Shown here piece by piece: positions 33,893-43,626 of a stretch of 63,318 nucleotides of DNA. Under the pieces are notes generated by a model, which was not told where the DNA came from, searched no databases, and worked only from the letters and a program-made list of their open reading frames with translations. The stretch's first letter is position 1. Each line of letters begins with the position of its first letter. Source of the stretch: a virus. Its lineage: Duplodnaviria > Caudoviricetes. A program made the translations under genes and the position numbers. The stretch is from IMG/VR virus record IMGVR_UViG_3300032227_001118, positions 1 to 63,318 of that record; one strand, written 5' to 3'.

Positions 33893-34120
33893 TTATTCTT
33901 TAGCGGCTTTCGCTGGTGCTGCTTTTGCTGCGTCTTTCTCTGCTTTGCGAGCATTCTTTTCGGCGGTAATTTCATTACGGCGAGCTTTGACCAGCTTGCT
34001 GATCTCTGCTAATGCTTTGCGAGCACGGGTACCGGCTGCGGCATTTCCCCCGGTGAATTTAGCATCCTCACTGAGGAACTCGTTAAATGCTGCTTGTAAA
34101 TTTTCAACTGTCGATTCCAT
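33893..34120 (-). CDS. Histone H1-like (Hc1-family) DNA-binding protein
   Basis: KF..GN.AAGTRARKAL.EI.KL.K..R core plus K/A-rich tail. Confidence 0.75.
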   Translation of the reverse strand: MESTVENLQAAFNEFLSEDAKFTGGNAAAGTRARKALAEISKLVKARRNEITAEKNARKAEKDAAKAAPAKAAKE

Positions 34121-34418
34121 TTTTTCTTCCTTTTGGTCTTCCGCCAGGCTTGATCCTGGGTTTTGCTTTTGCTCTCATTTCTTTGAGACGTTGTCTTTGA
34201 ACTTTAGTGTTTTCTTGATTTTCTTTATAACATTCCAGTGCCAACATCGCCATTGCTTTTTCAAGTTTGATCATTGAATAAAGACTGGTTCTAACCTGAG
34301 CACTGGATTCTTTACCCCTGTTCTCCATAAACACGTTATGATAGTTATGCAAAGTTACAAAGTGCTTGACATATTCTGAGTACAGCACTCTATAACGATC
34401 AATTTTTTCAGTTGACAT
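34104..34418 (-). CDS. Hypothetical basic protein
   Basis: 104 aa; translationally coupled between gp46 and the Hc1-like gene; K/R-rich C-terminus. Confidence 0.6.
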   Translation of the reverse strand: MSTEKIDRYRVLYSEYVKHFVTLHNYHNVFMENRGKESSAQVRTSLYSMIKLEKAMAMLALECYKENQENTKVQRQRLKEMRAKAKPRIKPGGRPKGRKNGIDS

Positions 34419-36198
34419 AATCTAAACTGTTGGAATATGAAGTAAAGCCGCCTTCCTTAACTACTCTAAGCACATTATTTACACGACCGATTAATTCATC
34501 CTTGTGGCTAATCAAGTATATATTCTTATTTCGTTCTCTGGCCATCTTTTTTAGAACTGCTAATCCGGCCTCGACTCCTGCCGAATCCATTCCAGAATCC
34601 ATGAGCTCGTCCACAAACAATAAATTGATATGCTGATATAGTCCCTCCCATACATCTCGGAAGGCAAAACTCATACTTAAAATTAATCTATTGCGTTCTC
34701 CACGAGACAAATTATCAAAGTCTAATTCCTGACCTAACTGTGTGATCTCTACGGTTAGATCATTTTGAAACACAACAGTATGTGGTAAACCAAGTTTGTC
34801 AATATAATAACTTAACCTCTTGTTGAGATAGGACAAGTTCTGATCAATGATACGTTTTCGTATGAAACTGTCTTTATTGGTTAACAGTTTGTGTAGGAAA
34901 TCTTGATGATCTCGCAAGCGAATAAGATCATTAATGGTACCCCATGATATTTCTTGAATGGCAGTTTTCTTTAGTTCTTCAATTTGTTCATCATAAGGGT
35001 TTGATTCTAATACTTTACCCTCTAAAGATCGAGTCAACTGGTCAAGATTGTTCTTATGTCCTAATGCTTCTGCTTCTGTGTCGTAGAACGGTTCTGGTCT
35101 ACGACCTTGTTCCCCAATGTCTGCTAATTCTTGTAGTACTGAGTCATAGTTGGTCTGACAAGTATCGAGATATACAACAGAATCTTCCAGGTTTTTAGTC
35201 GCTGTTGCAGTCATTTCCTCATGCTTGTGATCATGAATATGCTGTTCGCATGCCGGGCACTTTTTATCCAACAGTGATTCTAATGCCTTGCGATGTCTAT
35301 CAACTGCTTTTTCGGCCTGTGTCACTGCTGTTTCGTAAGTGGCTTTTTGTTTATTCAGGTCTCTGACGCGGTTAGAATTGTCCAACCACTGCTTTAGTGT
35401 AGCATGAAGTAGTAATTCTGCATCAATGTCTACTGATTCAAGGCTGACAATAGCAGCACCTATTCGTTCGATCTCTTCCGTTTTCTTTTTTTCCCATGCC
35501 GAACTTTTGATACCCAAACTGTCAATGCTTTTTTGAACATTTTCATTGGCGGATCTAACAGCCTCGATGCGAAATTGTTCAGCACTGATTAGATCCTTGG
35601 TTTCTTTAACACGAGTTTTTAGTAACTCTGCTTTTTCACTCAGCAATGTAATACCCAATAACTGCTCAATTACTTCACGTTGGTCGGCAGCTCTCATGGC
35701 CAGGAACGGTTCTGTATAGGTATTCAAGGCAACTAAATGCTTAAACATGGTATGTGTCATGTCTAACATTTGTTCAATGGATTTTTGTGTTTCTCTACTA
35801 TCGCCTTGGCTTTCGTCTTCGCCTTGATTATCTGCGGTAATTTCTTGATTGTCTACATACAGTCTCAACAAGTTAGGCTTGCGCCCCCGTTCAATGCGAT
35901 AGTTTAAACCATTCTTTTCAAATTCCACGGTAACCAACATGTTCTTACCGTTGATCTTGTTGATCAAGTTTTCTTTGCGTATGTTGGTTAATGCTTGCCC
36001 GTATAGAGCATAGCTTAATGCGTTGATGATTGTTGTCTTACCAGTTCCGTTACGTGATCCAGTATCATCACCACCCAGATCTAAGTTACTGCCTAGTACC
36101 AGTGTAAGAGATTCTTGATCAAAATTTACAGCCTGGGACACATTGCCCACGCTCATAAAATTCTTAACTGTGAGATTTTTAATGGAAAATTGACTCAT
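34408..36198 (-). CDS. gp46: Recombination endonuclease ATPase subunit (gp46; Rad50/SbcC-like)
   Basis: KNFMSVGN, Walker A NGTGKTT, zinc hook CPAC, signature LSRGE, Walker B LLFVDE, ISHK. Confidence 0.95.
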   Translation of the reverse strand: MSQFSIKNLTVKNFMSVGNVSQAVNFDQESLTLVLGSNLDLGGDDTGSRNGTGKTTIINALSYALYGQALTNIRKENLINKINGKNMLVTVEFEKNGLNYRIERGRKPNLLRLYVDNQEITADNQGEDESQGDSRETQKSIEQMLDMTHTMFKHLVALNTYTEPFLAMRAADQREVIEQLLGITLLSEKAELLKTRVKETKDLISAEQFRIEAVRSANENVQKSIDSLGIKSSAWEKKKTEEIERIGAAIVSLESVDIDAELLLHATLKQWLDNSNRVRDLNKQKATYETAVTQAEKAVDRHRKALESLLDKKCPACEQHIHDHKHEEMTATATKNLEDSVVYLDTCQTNYDSVLQELADIGEQGRRPEPFYDTEAEALGHKNNLDQLTRSLEGKVLESNPYDEQIEELKKTAIQEISWGTINDLIRLRDHQDFLHKLLTNKDSFIRKRIIDQNLSYLNKRLSYYIDKLGLPHTVVFQNDLTVEITQLGQELDFDNLSRGERNRLILSMSFAFRDVWEGLYQHINLLFVDELMDSGMDSAGVEAGLAVLKKMARERNKNIYLISHKDELIGRVNNVLRVVKEGGFTSYSNSLDYVN

Positions 36199-37208
36199 AG
36201 ATCGTTGTAGATATCTAGTAGGATTTTTTTATCAAATTGATCGCTGTCAATATTGATCAATTGTTCAGTTACAATGGCATCAATGCTTTCAAATTTAGTA
36301 TCGGGGTTGTCTTCATAGGTGCCTTCGAGATTGCTTTTGTCTTGAACAAGACTGATTTCTCTAATGTCATAGTCTTTGATAAATGTTTCTTTAATATAGT
36401 TGGCTTCTTCAAAACTGATGTCAATATCTAAGTTAACACGTAGATACATTTTACTCAGCATGATCTCATCTTTGCGATCAATTAATTCGCTGAGTTTGAT
36501 AGTTCTAAACTTGGGAGCATCGGGCCAATTGCGATATTCTGGTTGCCCTCCCCACTCCATCATCATCATACCGCGTTCGTCGTCCCAACTATCGGAGAAG
36601 TTGTGCGGGAAAGCATTGCCGATATAGATTACATTGTTATTTTGTTGTCGTTTATGGAAGTGCCCGCTGAACACATATTCAGGACCAATAAAGTCTTCTG
36701 CTCGCAATTCTCCATGGTCTGGCATCTGTACCATGGCGTTCATAAAGAATTTTGGCAGTTCAAAGTGTCCAAACACATAGCGGCTTTTGACATTACGCAT
36801 AGCCTTCCACTCATCACCTACCAACCAAGGAACTAAAGTAACATTGTCCAGCGTGGTCACGCCTTCCACAACAGTTACCCCGGGGATATGCTTGCCAAAT
36901 ATACTGCTATGAATGTCGCGTTTATCTTTGTAAAACAAATCGTGATTACCTGGAAACCAGAAAAACTGTTCAAAGGCAGCACCTAGTTTCTCTAAACACC
37001 TGATACTGGTGTCTAGAGTATAAAGATTCATGCTGTTTCTATGATGTGACCAGTCGCCTAAGAAGATGGCTGTTTCGCAGCCGGCCGCTTGTGCCTGGGC
37101 AATAAACCAATCAACAAACTCTTCGCAGTCACGTAGATGAACTGTGCTATTGGACTTGGCCCCCACATGGAGGTCTGTAAAACACGCAACTTTTTTAAAT
37201 AATGCCAT
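36195..37208 (-). CDS. gp47: Recombination endonuclease nuclease subunit (gp47; Mre11/SbcD-like)
   Basis: Phosphoesterase motifs TDLH, LGD, GNHD, GHFEL, SGHFH. Confidence 0.95.
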   Translation of the reverse strand: MALFKKVACFTDLHVGAKSNSTVHLRDCEEFVDWFIAQAQAAGCETAIFLGDWSHHRNSMNLYTLDTSIRCLEKLGAAFEQFFWFPGNHDLFYKDKRDIHSSIFGKHIPGVTVVEGVTTLDNVTLVPWLVGDEWKAMRNVKSRYVFGHFELPKFFMNAMVQMPDHGELRAEDFIGPEYVFSGHFHKRQQNNNVIYIGNAFPHNFSDSWDDERGMMMMEWGGQPEYRNWPDAPKFRTIKLSELIDRKDEIMLSKMYLRVNLDIDISFEEANYIKETFIKDYDIREISLVQDKSNLEGTYEDNPDTKFESIDAIVTEQLINIDSDQFDKKILLDIYNDL

Positions 37209-37225
37209 TAAATCTCTCCCTCTCT

Positions 37226-37254
37226 ATTATAGCAGAGTATTGTTTAATAGTCAA
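37226..37254 (-). promoter_or_regulatory. Sigma70-type promoter for gp47 operon
   Basis: TTGACT-17 nt-TATAAT with extended -10 TG. Confidence 0.8.
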
Positions 37255-37256
37255 TA

Positions 37257-38171
37257 TTATACTTCCTCTTCGGGCGATTCTTCTTCTTCGGGGCTGTCAT
37301 CACGTTTAGGTAGGCGAATATTTTTATATAATTCGGCCTGCCTTGCAGTTTCTTCGGCATATTCGTGAGCATGTTGTCGAGTCGAACTAGGAGTTAAGCC
37401 ATTTTCTTCCAGCATGTCGTCTCTGATATTTTGATTTTTCTTTTCAAGATTTAGCACACGAGTAAATGAGTTGGTTACTGCTGCGGTATAATAGGCAAAC
37501 GGATTTTCACTTTTGCTTTCGTCAAATTGTAATCCAATCTGGCTCAGTTGAAGTATGGCCTGTCCCCGCATTTCTTCCACATAGGTATACCCTCTCCAGT
37601 TGCTGCGTTGTGCATAACGTTCGCTAAGTTTGATATACATGCGACCCAAGTTTTCGGTAATGCGGCCATGATCCTTGTTGAACTTTCCTGTATCGAGTGC
37701 TCCTTTCCAGTGACTCTTGCCAACGCAAAATAGCTGATCTTGATCGTCATATTTCCAATGTTGAAATGGTGGAAAATTTACTTTCTCATGCCCGTCTGCT
37801 GTGGTCTTGTTGGTTTTCTTTCTACCAGGAGCAAGTGGTATATGATCAAAAGTCATTATGCGAATAATGAGATCAATTTTATCAACAGTGTTAGGATCTT
37901 GTACACATTCGGCCAGTTTGATTTTTTTATCTCCTGCAGCCCTGGCTGTATTAAATGCTTCTAACCCCAATCGTTTAGCACGATTTTTTTTAGCCTCGTC
38001 GATGGTAGATTGATCAATTTTATTTAAATCTGCTACGATAATATCGTATTGATGGTATTCTTTTTTAACAAAACTGGAGTATGAACATTTACTTTTATGA
38101 ATTTCTGCTAACAGGTCTCGATTATTTAGGTATTTTACTTTTCGGCCAGTGGTTCCTAAGTCGGTTATCAT
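37257..38171 (-). CDS. gp55: Late transcription sigma factor (gp55-like)
   Basis: YLNNRDLL, NWRGYTY.EEM, FDESKSENPFAYYT, F.R.L..EKK motifs; adjacent to gp47/gp46 as in T4-like phages. Confidence 0.9.
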   Translation of the reverse strand: MITDLGTTGRKVKYLNNRDLLAEIHKSKCSYSSFVKKEYHQYDIIVADLNKIDQSTIDEAKKNRAKRLGLEAFNTARAAGDKKIKLAECVQDPNTVDKIDLIIRIMTFDHIPLAPGRKKTNKTTADGHEKVNFPPFQHWKYDDQDQLFCVGKSHWKGALDTGKFNKDHGRITENLGRMYIKLSERYAQRSNWRGYTYVEEMRGQAILQLSQIGLQFDESKSENPFAYYTAAVTNSFTRVLNLEKKNQNIRDDMLEENGLTPSSTRQHAHEYAEETARQAELYKNIRLPKRDDSPEEEESPEEEV

Positions 38172-38196
38172 ATTTTTTATATTTTCCTTATGATTT

Positions 38197-38225
38197 ATAA
38201 TAGCACAATAAAGTGTTTATGTCAA
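38197..38225 (-). promoter_or_regulatory. Sigma70-type promoter for gp55
   Basis: TTGACA-17 nt-TATTAT with extended -10 TG. Confidence 0.75.
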
Positions 38226-38259
38226 ACTTGCGAGTTATTAAGTTAGCACTTTATTTAAC

Positions 38260-38267
38260 GATAAATA
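38260..38267 (+). promoter_or_regulatory. Late promoter GATAAATA for the baseplate operon
   Basis: NATAAATA followed by AAGGAG and the ATG at 38287. Confidence 0.7.
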
Positions 38268-38286
38268 CACAGTAAAGGAGTGGTTT

Positions 38287-39063
38287 ATGGCTACCAGTGA
38301 TGAAATTGTAGGCACGATTGACAAGTTCGGTGGACCGGCATTGGGCGATGCTGCTAGAAATGTTCAAGGTCTTGTTCGTGGCGCCAAAGCTCTAGTTGAT
38401 AAAATCAAGGGAATAGGGCGGCCAAAAACCAAAGTCAATGTCACCGGATTGTCGGGTAAACCGTTGGGGCAAGATATGAGGGTAAGGATCAAGATCCCCT
38501 CTGAATATTTTCCTGTTCAGACCAGCGAATTTGGAGATTTTTCGATATCTAATATTGGTGGAATAATTTTTCCATATACTCCGCAGATTTCATACGATAA
38601 TAAAGCAGATTATGCAGCAGTAACTCCTACACATAGTAATTATACGCAGTATTTTTATAAAAATAGTTCGGTAACTGATATTAATATTATGGGAAAATTC
38701 ACTGTTCAAAATGAAGCAGATGCAAATATATTATTATCTACAATCCATATATTAAAAGCCCTAACCAAAATGCGAGCAGGTGGAGAGCCCAACAGCGGAG
38801 CACCGCCACCTGTTTGCAGACTATATGCTTATGGACAGCAAATGTTGGACGAAACACCAATTGTAATCAAGTCTTTTAGAATGGAATTACCGGATTCAGT
38901 GGATTATTTTACTGTAAATAAAATTTCAGGATATCAGATATCATCTGTGCCTACATCTTGTACTATTACAGTGGTTTGTGCTGTAGCATATAGCAGGAAT
39001 GAAATACAAAAATTCACAGTTCAAAATTGGATAAACAACGGCAGAACCGGGGGATATCTATAA
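38287..39063 (+). CDS. Baseplate tail-tube initiator/cap-like protein (gp48/gp54-like)
   Basis: IFPYTPQI...PTHSNY, G.PPPVCRL...P.VI.SF motifs; directly precedes the gp53-like gene. Confidence 0.6.
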   Translation: MATSDEIVGTIDKFGGPALGDAARNVQGLVRGAKALVDKIKGIGRPKTKVNVTGLSGKPLGQDMRVRIKIPSEYFPVQTSEFGDFSISNIGGIIFPYTPQISYDNKADYAAVTPTHSNYTQYFYKNSSVTDINIMGKFTVQNEADANILLSTIHILKALTKMRAGGEPNSGAPPPVCRLYAYGQQMLDETPIVIKSFRMELPDSVDYFTVNKISGYQISSVPTSCTITVVCAVAYSRNEIQKFTVQNWINNGRTGGYL

Positions 39064-39362
39064 TGGCATTATATGATAATAATAGTCCCTATGCTAAGAC
39101 TGATTATTCATTAGGCTATTTAGATGTTCAAGTACATAGAAATATTCCCAACTCTGTAGATGATGTGTTATTCACCGTGGGAAAAGAATATGAAAATCGC
39201 CCAGATTTGTTAGCATATGATCTTTATCAAACAGCCAGTCTGTGGTGGATATTCAGTGTGAGAAATAAAGACATACTAAAAGATCCTGTGTTTGATTTGG
39301 TAGCTGGGATAAAAATTTACGTTCCTACACAACAAACCCTTCGACTCGCCCTGGGAAATTAG
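39063..39362 (+). CDS. gp53: Baseplate wedge LysM-like protein (gp53-like)
   Basis: YENRPDLLAYDLY....LWWIF..RN...L.DP......G..IYVP; probable ATG at 39063 (TAATG coupling). Confidence 0.8.
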   Translation: MALYDNNSPYAKTDYSLGYLDVQVHRNIPNSVDDVLFTVGKEYENRPDLLAYDLYQTASLWWIFSVRNKDILKDPVFDLVAGIKIYVPTQQTLRLALGN

Positions 39363-39363
39363 T

Positions 39364-41586
39364 ATGTCTAGCGAGCCAATTTATGCCGAGGACGGGTCGT
39401 TATCCAATACTCGACGCAATACCGAAACCGGTGATTTATATACCCCAGTGGGCGATAATGCTACTAGAAAAGTAACAGGCAATAACAATATTTTAAATAT
39501 TGAATCTTCAGGTAAGGTCAATGTTCTCAACAGTTATAGATCCTATACTTATAATTTTACATTATCTGCTGTTAACATTAAACAGGCAAATAATCCTGAG
39601 AATTATAGAGAAAGTTCCAAAGATTTTGTAATTTTAAAATCAGGAGGAAAAGGGGCTACAGGATTAAGTGGTAATATAACGGGCTCTCCTCTTTATCGAA
39701 CAGAAACATCGACCTCGGCGGGGGTTAGCGATGGAGATGGATTTCAAGTTAATAATGTTTCTAAACGAGTTCTTTCAGGATATGATAAGGAAGCAGCTCA
39801 AAATTTAGTTAAGGGGTTTAACAGCAAAAGCCCTGGCAGATTTGACATGTATATTGACAATGTTGAAATTGGAACCATTATGGCTCCTAGCAAAGCAGGC
39901 GGACTTACCTTGCCAACTAACATATCTTTTGATGTTTTTGAACCATATAGTATTAATGGATTTATTGAAGCATTACAGGTATCATCACAGGCTGCCGGAT
40001 ACGATGTTTATTCTAATGCCAGCTTTTTATTAAAGGTTGAATTTATTGGATACAAAGACGATCGAGCTTTACCTATGCCGGCGCCTATTTCTAATACATC
40101 AAGATATTTCTTAATTCGATTTACAGGAATGAGTATTGAATTAACTGAAAATGGAACTAAGTATGCCTGTACCGCTGTTCCATTTGCTGACAAAGGATTT
40201 GGCGAGGAGGGAAAATTGCAAACTTCTACATCGATGTCAGGAGTTAAAGTAGGATCTGCCTTAAAAAGTTTCATGGCCGATTTAAATGGGAAAATTAAAA
40301 ACCCTAACTATGCCACCGACTCGGATGATACAGAATCTGATACATATGAAATAAAATTTCCTCGATGGAACGGCAGTGCAGGATGGGTGCTCGATGATCC
40401 CGCAGAAAATGAAATAGCGCAAGCTGATATATCATACAGTCATAAGGGCGGGGATTTAGTTAGATTGGTTCGGCATGATGCTGTTAGCACCACCACTTCT
40501 CTAGCCGAGGCATTAGGAACATCTGCTGCTCAACCAACAATACAATTTAAAGAAGGTGATAATATTCACGATATTATTACAGCTACCATAAGAGACAGCG
40601 CCTATGTCAGAAAAAAATTAGAAACCATAGGGGAGGCAGGCAATCCTGATACCAATGGACGAATCAAATATTTTCTCATTAGACTTCATGTTGAAAATAA
40701 AGAAAAAATTAATTCGCCAAAAGGAAGACCTTACCAGAAATTTACATACATAGTCACTGAGCATTATGTTCATTATACTTTTATCCCTACCTATGCAACT
40801 AGCCAAAAGATAGATAAAAGCACATTAAAAACTTTAGTATTACGGGAGTATAACTATCTCTACACAGGAAAAAATGTAGATATAACTGCTTTTAAATTAG
40901 ATTATAATTATCTATACTTTGAAGCTATTCCTAGAGCGTTAGGAAGAAATAATGATAAAGGATTATCTAACACAATCAATAGCAATAATGCAATAGAAAG
41001 AAACGATACAAATCCTATTGATTCAACGGATGGACGACCAGAGACTCAAGCTGATTCAAGACAAAGTGCTGTTCAACCAAGTGGGCTAATAAATGCTGGT
41101 CAACCTAACTCTGATCCTTATACTGCCATGGCAAAAAACATGCACTTGGCATTGGTAAGTTCTGTTAGTAGAGTAACCGGGGATTTGGATATCATTGGGG
41201 ATCCTTTTTATCTTGTCACAGGAGGAGTTGGAAATTATAATCCCAAACCAAGTGAAACTCAACAGGGTGCTACCAAGGACGACGAAGCTGATAGATTTTA
41301 TGGACAGGTACTAATATCTTTGACATTTAGAAATCCAGTTGATATTGATGAAAAAACTGGTTCTCTCAAATTTGAGCCCAGTTCTGCTGATGCCAGCGGA
41401 GTTTTTATGGTAACAGAAGTTGCTAGCTCATTTAAGGACGGTGTATTTAAACAAAGATTAAAACTAGTTCGAGTCCCGGGACAACTGCCTGATAACATCA
41501 AGCCTACAAAAGCAATAGACTCAAATGTAAATGTTCAGGATTCGGATAAAATATCCGCAGAAGTCACAGTAACAAAAGCGTCTTAA
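39364..41586 (+). CDS. Baseplate hub protein (gp27/VgrG-hub-like)
   Basis: 740 aa; between gp53 and gp5; C-terminal L.IIGDPFY...GVFMV.EV.S.F.DG.F.Q.L.L.R. Confidence 0.65.
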   Translation: MSSEPIYAEDGSLSNTRRNTETGDLYTPVGDNATRKVTGNNNILNIESSGKVNVLNSYRSYTYNFTLSAVNIKQANNPENYRESSKDFVILKSGGKGATGLSGNITGSPLYRTETSTSAGVSDGDGFQVNNVSKRVLSGYDKEAAQNLVKGFNSKSPGRFDMYIDNVEIGTIMAPSKAGGLTLPTNISFDVFEPYSINGFIEALQVSSQAAGYDVYSNASFLLKVEFIGYKDDRALPMPAPISNTSRYFLIRFTGMSIELTENGTKYACTAVPFADKGFGEEGKLQTSTSMSGVKVGSALKSFMADLNGKIKNPNYATDSDDTESDTYEIKFPRWNGSAGWVLDDPAENEIAQADISYSHKGGDLVRLVRHDAVSTTTSLAEALGTSAAQPTIQFKEGDNIHDIITATIRDSAYVRKKLETIGEAGNPDTNGRIKYFLIRLHVENKEKINSPKGRPYQKFTYIVTEHYVHYTFIPTYATSQKIDKSTLKTLVLREYNYLYTGKNVDITAFKLDYNYLYFEAIPRALGRNNDKGLSNTINSNNAIERNDTNPIDSTDGRPETQADSRQSAVQPSGLINAGQPNSDPYTAMAKNMHLALVSSVSRVTGDLDIIGDPFYLVTGGVGNYNPKPSETQQGATKDDEADRFYGQVLISLTFRNPVDIDEKTGSLKFEPSSADASGVFMVTEVASSFKDGVFKQRLKLVRVPGQLPDNIKPTKAIDSNVNVQDSDKISAEVTVTKAS

Positions 41587-41590
41587 TATT

Positions 41591-43132
41591 ATGGATTTCG
41601 TAGACACTAGAACTGGATCAAAATTGGGCTCGCCGGGCCCATTTATTGGTATAATAACAAATAATTTAGACCCTACTTTTATGGGCAGATTAGAGGTGGG
41701 ATTAATCAAGGGCTTATATCCTGATACCACTGACCAATCAAACACATACATTGTAAAATATCTCAGCCCGTTCTATGGGATAACTTCGGACAAATATCAA
41801 GGTGCTAATAGTGATAAGTTCGACGATGTTCAAAAAAGTTATGGCATGTGGATGGTTCCTCCTGATATAGGAACCAGAGTGTTGGTTATATTCATCGATG
41901 GTGATCCTAATCAAGGTTACTGGATTGGGTGTGTTATGGACCAATTTCAAAATCACATGGTCCCGGGCATTGCCGCTAGTGACACAGTATTTGTATCTCC
42001 GGAGCAAAAAAGACAATACACAGATGGCCCACTACCTGTAGGAGAATTTCTTAAATCTGCACAGATTGAAAATGCCGGCCCTAATGTTAATAAATTTAAG
42101 AAACCACTACATCACCCATTTGCCAAACGACTGCGAGATCAAGGCCTACTAGCAGATGACATTAGGGGAGTAACATCCAGTTCGGCAAGACGTGAAGCAC
42201 CAAGTAAGGTGTTTGGTATTAGTACACCGGGTCCATTAGATCCCGATGGTAAAAAAGGCAATGTTGGCTACAAGGGAGCCAGTAAATTTCAACCTGTTAG
42301 TCGGCTTGGGGGTACAACCTTTGTCATGGACGACGGTGATAACAATGGTGACAACGAATTGGTAAGAATTCGCACCAGAACCGGCCATCAAATTTTGTTA
42401 CATAACACTCATGATTTAATTTACATTGCCAATAGCCGAGGCACAGCTTGGATAGAACTAACCAGCGACGGCAAGATTGACATTTATTCACGAGATTCGA
42501 TCAGTATACATTCCGAGGCTGATTTTAATTTCAGGGCCGATAGGGACATTAATTTAGAAGCAGGCAGGAATATTAATATATATTCTGCGGAAAGTTTTAG
42601 CATTAATGCAGATAAGGATTATACGGTTATAGCGGGCAAGGATGGTAAAATTCAATTCAAAGGTAATTTAGATCAATCGGTAACCGGCGGTATGAAATTA
42701 AAAGTAGATGCTGGGTTTGACCTCAAGGTAACTGGGGATGTTAAACAAACAGCCTCCGGCAATTTTAATATTGCGGCCGGAGCAAATAATAATTTTTCAG
42801 CCAATGGTAATACCAATATTTCTACACAAGGACAACATCTAGAGTCTGCTAAGGCAATTCACATGAACGGTCCTAAAGCAGCTTCGGCCACTCCTGCTGA
42901 TGCGGCCTTGGTTCCTGATCCATTATCCAAGTTTGTTCTTCCCAACACCAAATATGTAGAAGATAAATGGACCAATGAAGATAGATATAAAACAGATGAT
43001 TTACAAAGTATTATGCAGCGTGTTCCGGTACACGAACCGTGGATTCAACATGAAAACAATACAACACGAGCAAGTTTTGCTACGGACAAGACCGATGTGG
43101 TTGCCGGAACAGCAAATAAAAAAGCTGAATAA
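41591..43132 (+). CDS. gp5: Baseplate central spike (gp5/VgrG-like; OB-fold + beta-helix)
   Basis: DP..MGRL.V, SYGMWMVPPDIG..V.V.F..GD....YWIG, RTRTGHQI, beta-helix repeats, IHMNG; no lysozyme domain seen. Confidence 0.8.
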   Translation: MDFVDTRTGSKLGSPGPFIGIITNNLDPTFMGRLEVGLIKGLYPDTTDQSNTYIVKYLSPFYGITSDKYQGANSDKFDDVQKSYGMWMVPPDIGTRVLVIFIDGDPNQGYWIGCVMDQFQNHMVPGIAASDTVFVSPEQKRQYTDGPLPVGEFLKSAQIENAGPNVNKFKKPLHHPFAKRLRDQGLLADDIRGVTSSSARREAPSKVFGISTPGPLDPDGKKGNVGYKGASKFQPVSRLGGTTFVMDDGDNNGDNELVRIRTRTGHQILLHNTHDLIYIANSRGTAWIELTSDGKIDIYSRDSISIHSEADFNFRADRDINLEAGRNINIYSAESFSINADKDYTVIAGKDGKIQFKGNLDQSVTGGMKLKVDAGFDLKVTGDVKQTASGNFNIAAGANNNFSANGNTNISTQGQHLESAKAIHMNGPKAASATPADAALVPDPLSKFVLPNTKYVEDKWTNEDRYKTDDLQSIMQRVPVHEPWIQHENNTTRASFATDKTDVVAGTANKKAE

Positions 43133-43135
43133 ATA
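43128..43135 (+). promoter_or_regulatory. Late promoter AATAAATA
   Basis: Overlaps the gp5 stop codon, 5 nt before the gp25 ATG. Confidence 0.5.
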
Positions 43136-43140
43136 TTATT

Positions 43141-43578
43141 ATGGCATATAAAACATTAGTAATTACCAATCAAGACTCGATATATCAACAGGCTACTAAA
43201 CAGGACCATTTTTATAAAGGTTTTAGTACAGTTGATCCTGCTCAAGAAGGTAATAATCTTTTTGATATTGAGTTGATTAAACAGGATATTATAAATCATT
43301 TTAATACCAGGCGCGGCGAGCGTGTTATGAAACCGGAGTTTGGAAGTATTATTTGGGACTTAATTATGGAGCCATTGACTGATGATACTACAGAACTTCT
43401 TAAAAATGACATTAAAACAATATGCACAGCAGATCCTAGAGTAATACCAACACAGATGGATTTAACCGAATACCAGGAAGGGTATCTATTAGAGCTAACA
43501 TTACAAGTGGTAGGAACTGATCAGTCAGATGATATGCGGATATCTTTTAATCGAACAACTGGCATATCGGTTCAATAA
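43141..43578 (+). CDS. gp25: Baseplate wedge protein gp25
   Basis: IKQDIINHFNTRRGERVMKPEFGS.IW.L..EP...DPRV. Confidence 0.9.
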   Translation: MAYKTLVITNQDSIYQQATKQDHFYKGFSTVDPAQEGNNLFDIELIKQDIINHFNTRRGERVMKPEFGSIIWDLIMEPLTDDTTELLKNDIKTICTADPRVIPTQMDLTEYQEGYLLELTLQVVGTDQSDDMRISFNRTTGISVQ

Positions 43579-43598
43579 TATATACAGTTTATTGCACC

Positions 43599-43606
43599 AA
43601 TAAATA
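43599..43606 (+). promoter_or_regulatory. Late promoter AATAAATA
   Basis: NATAAATA ~20 nt upstream of the gp6 ATG. Confidence 0.55.
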
Positions 43607-43626
43607 CGATATCTACTGTTAAAATC

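Noticed and set aside
39027-39062. Extended start of gp53 ORF
   Set aside because: Overlaps the upstream gene; TAATG coupling at 39061-65 gives the more plausible start
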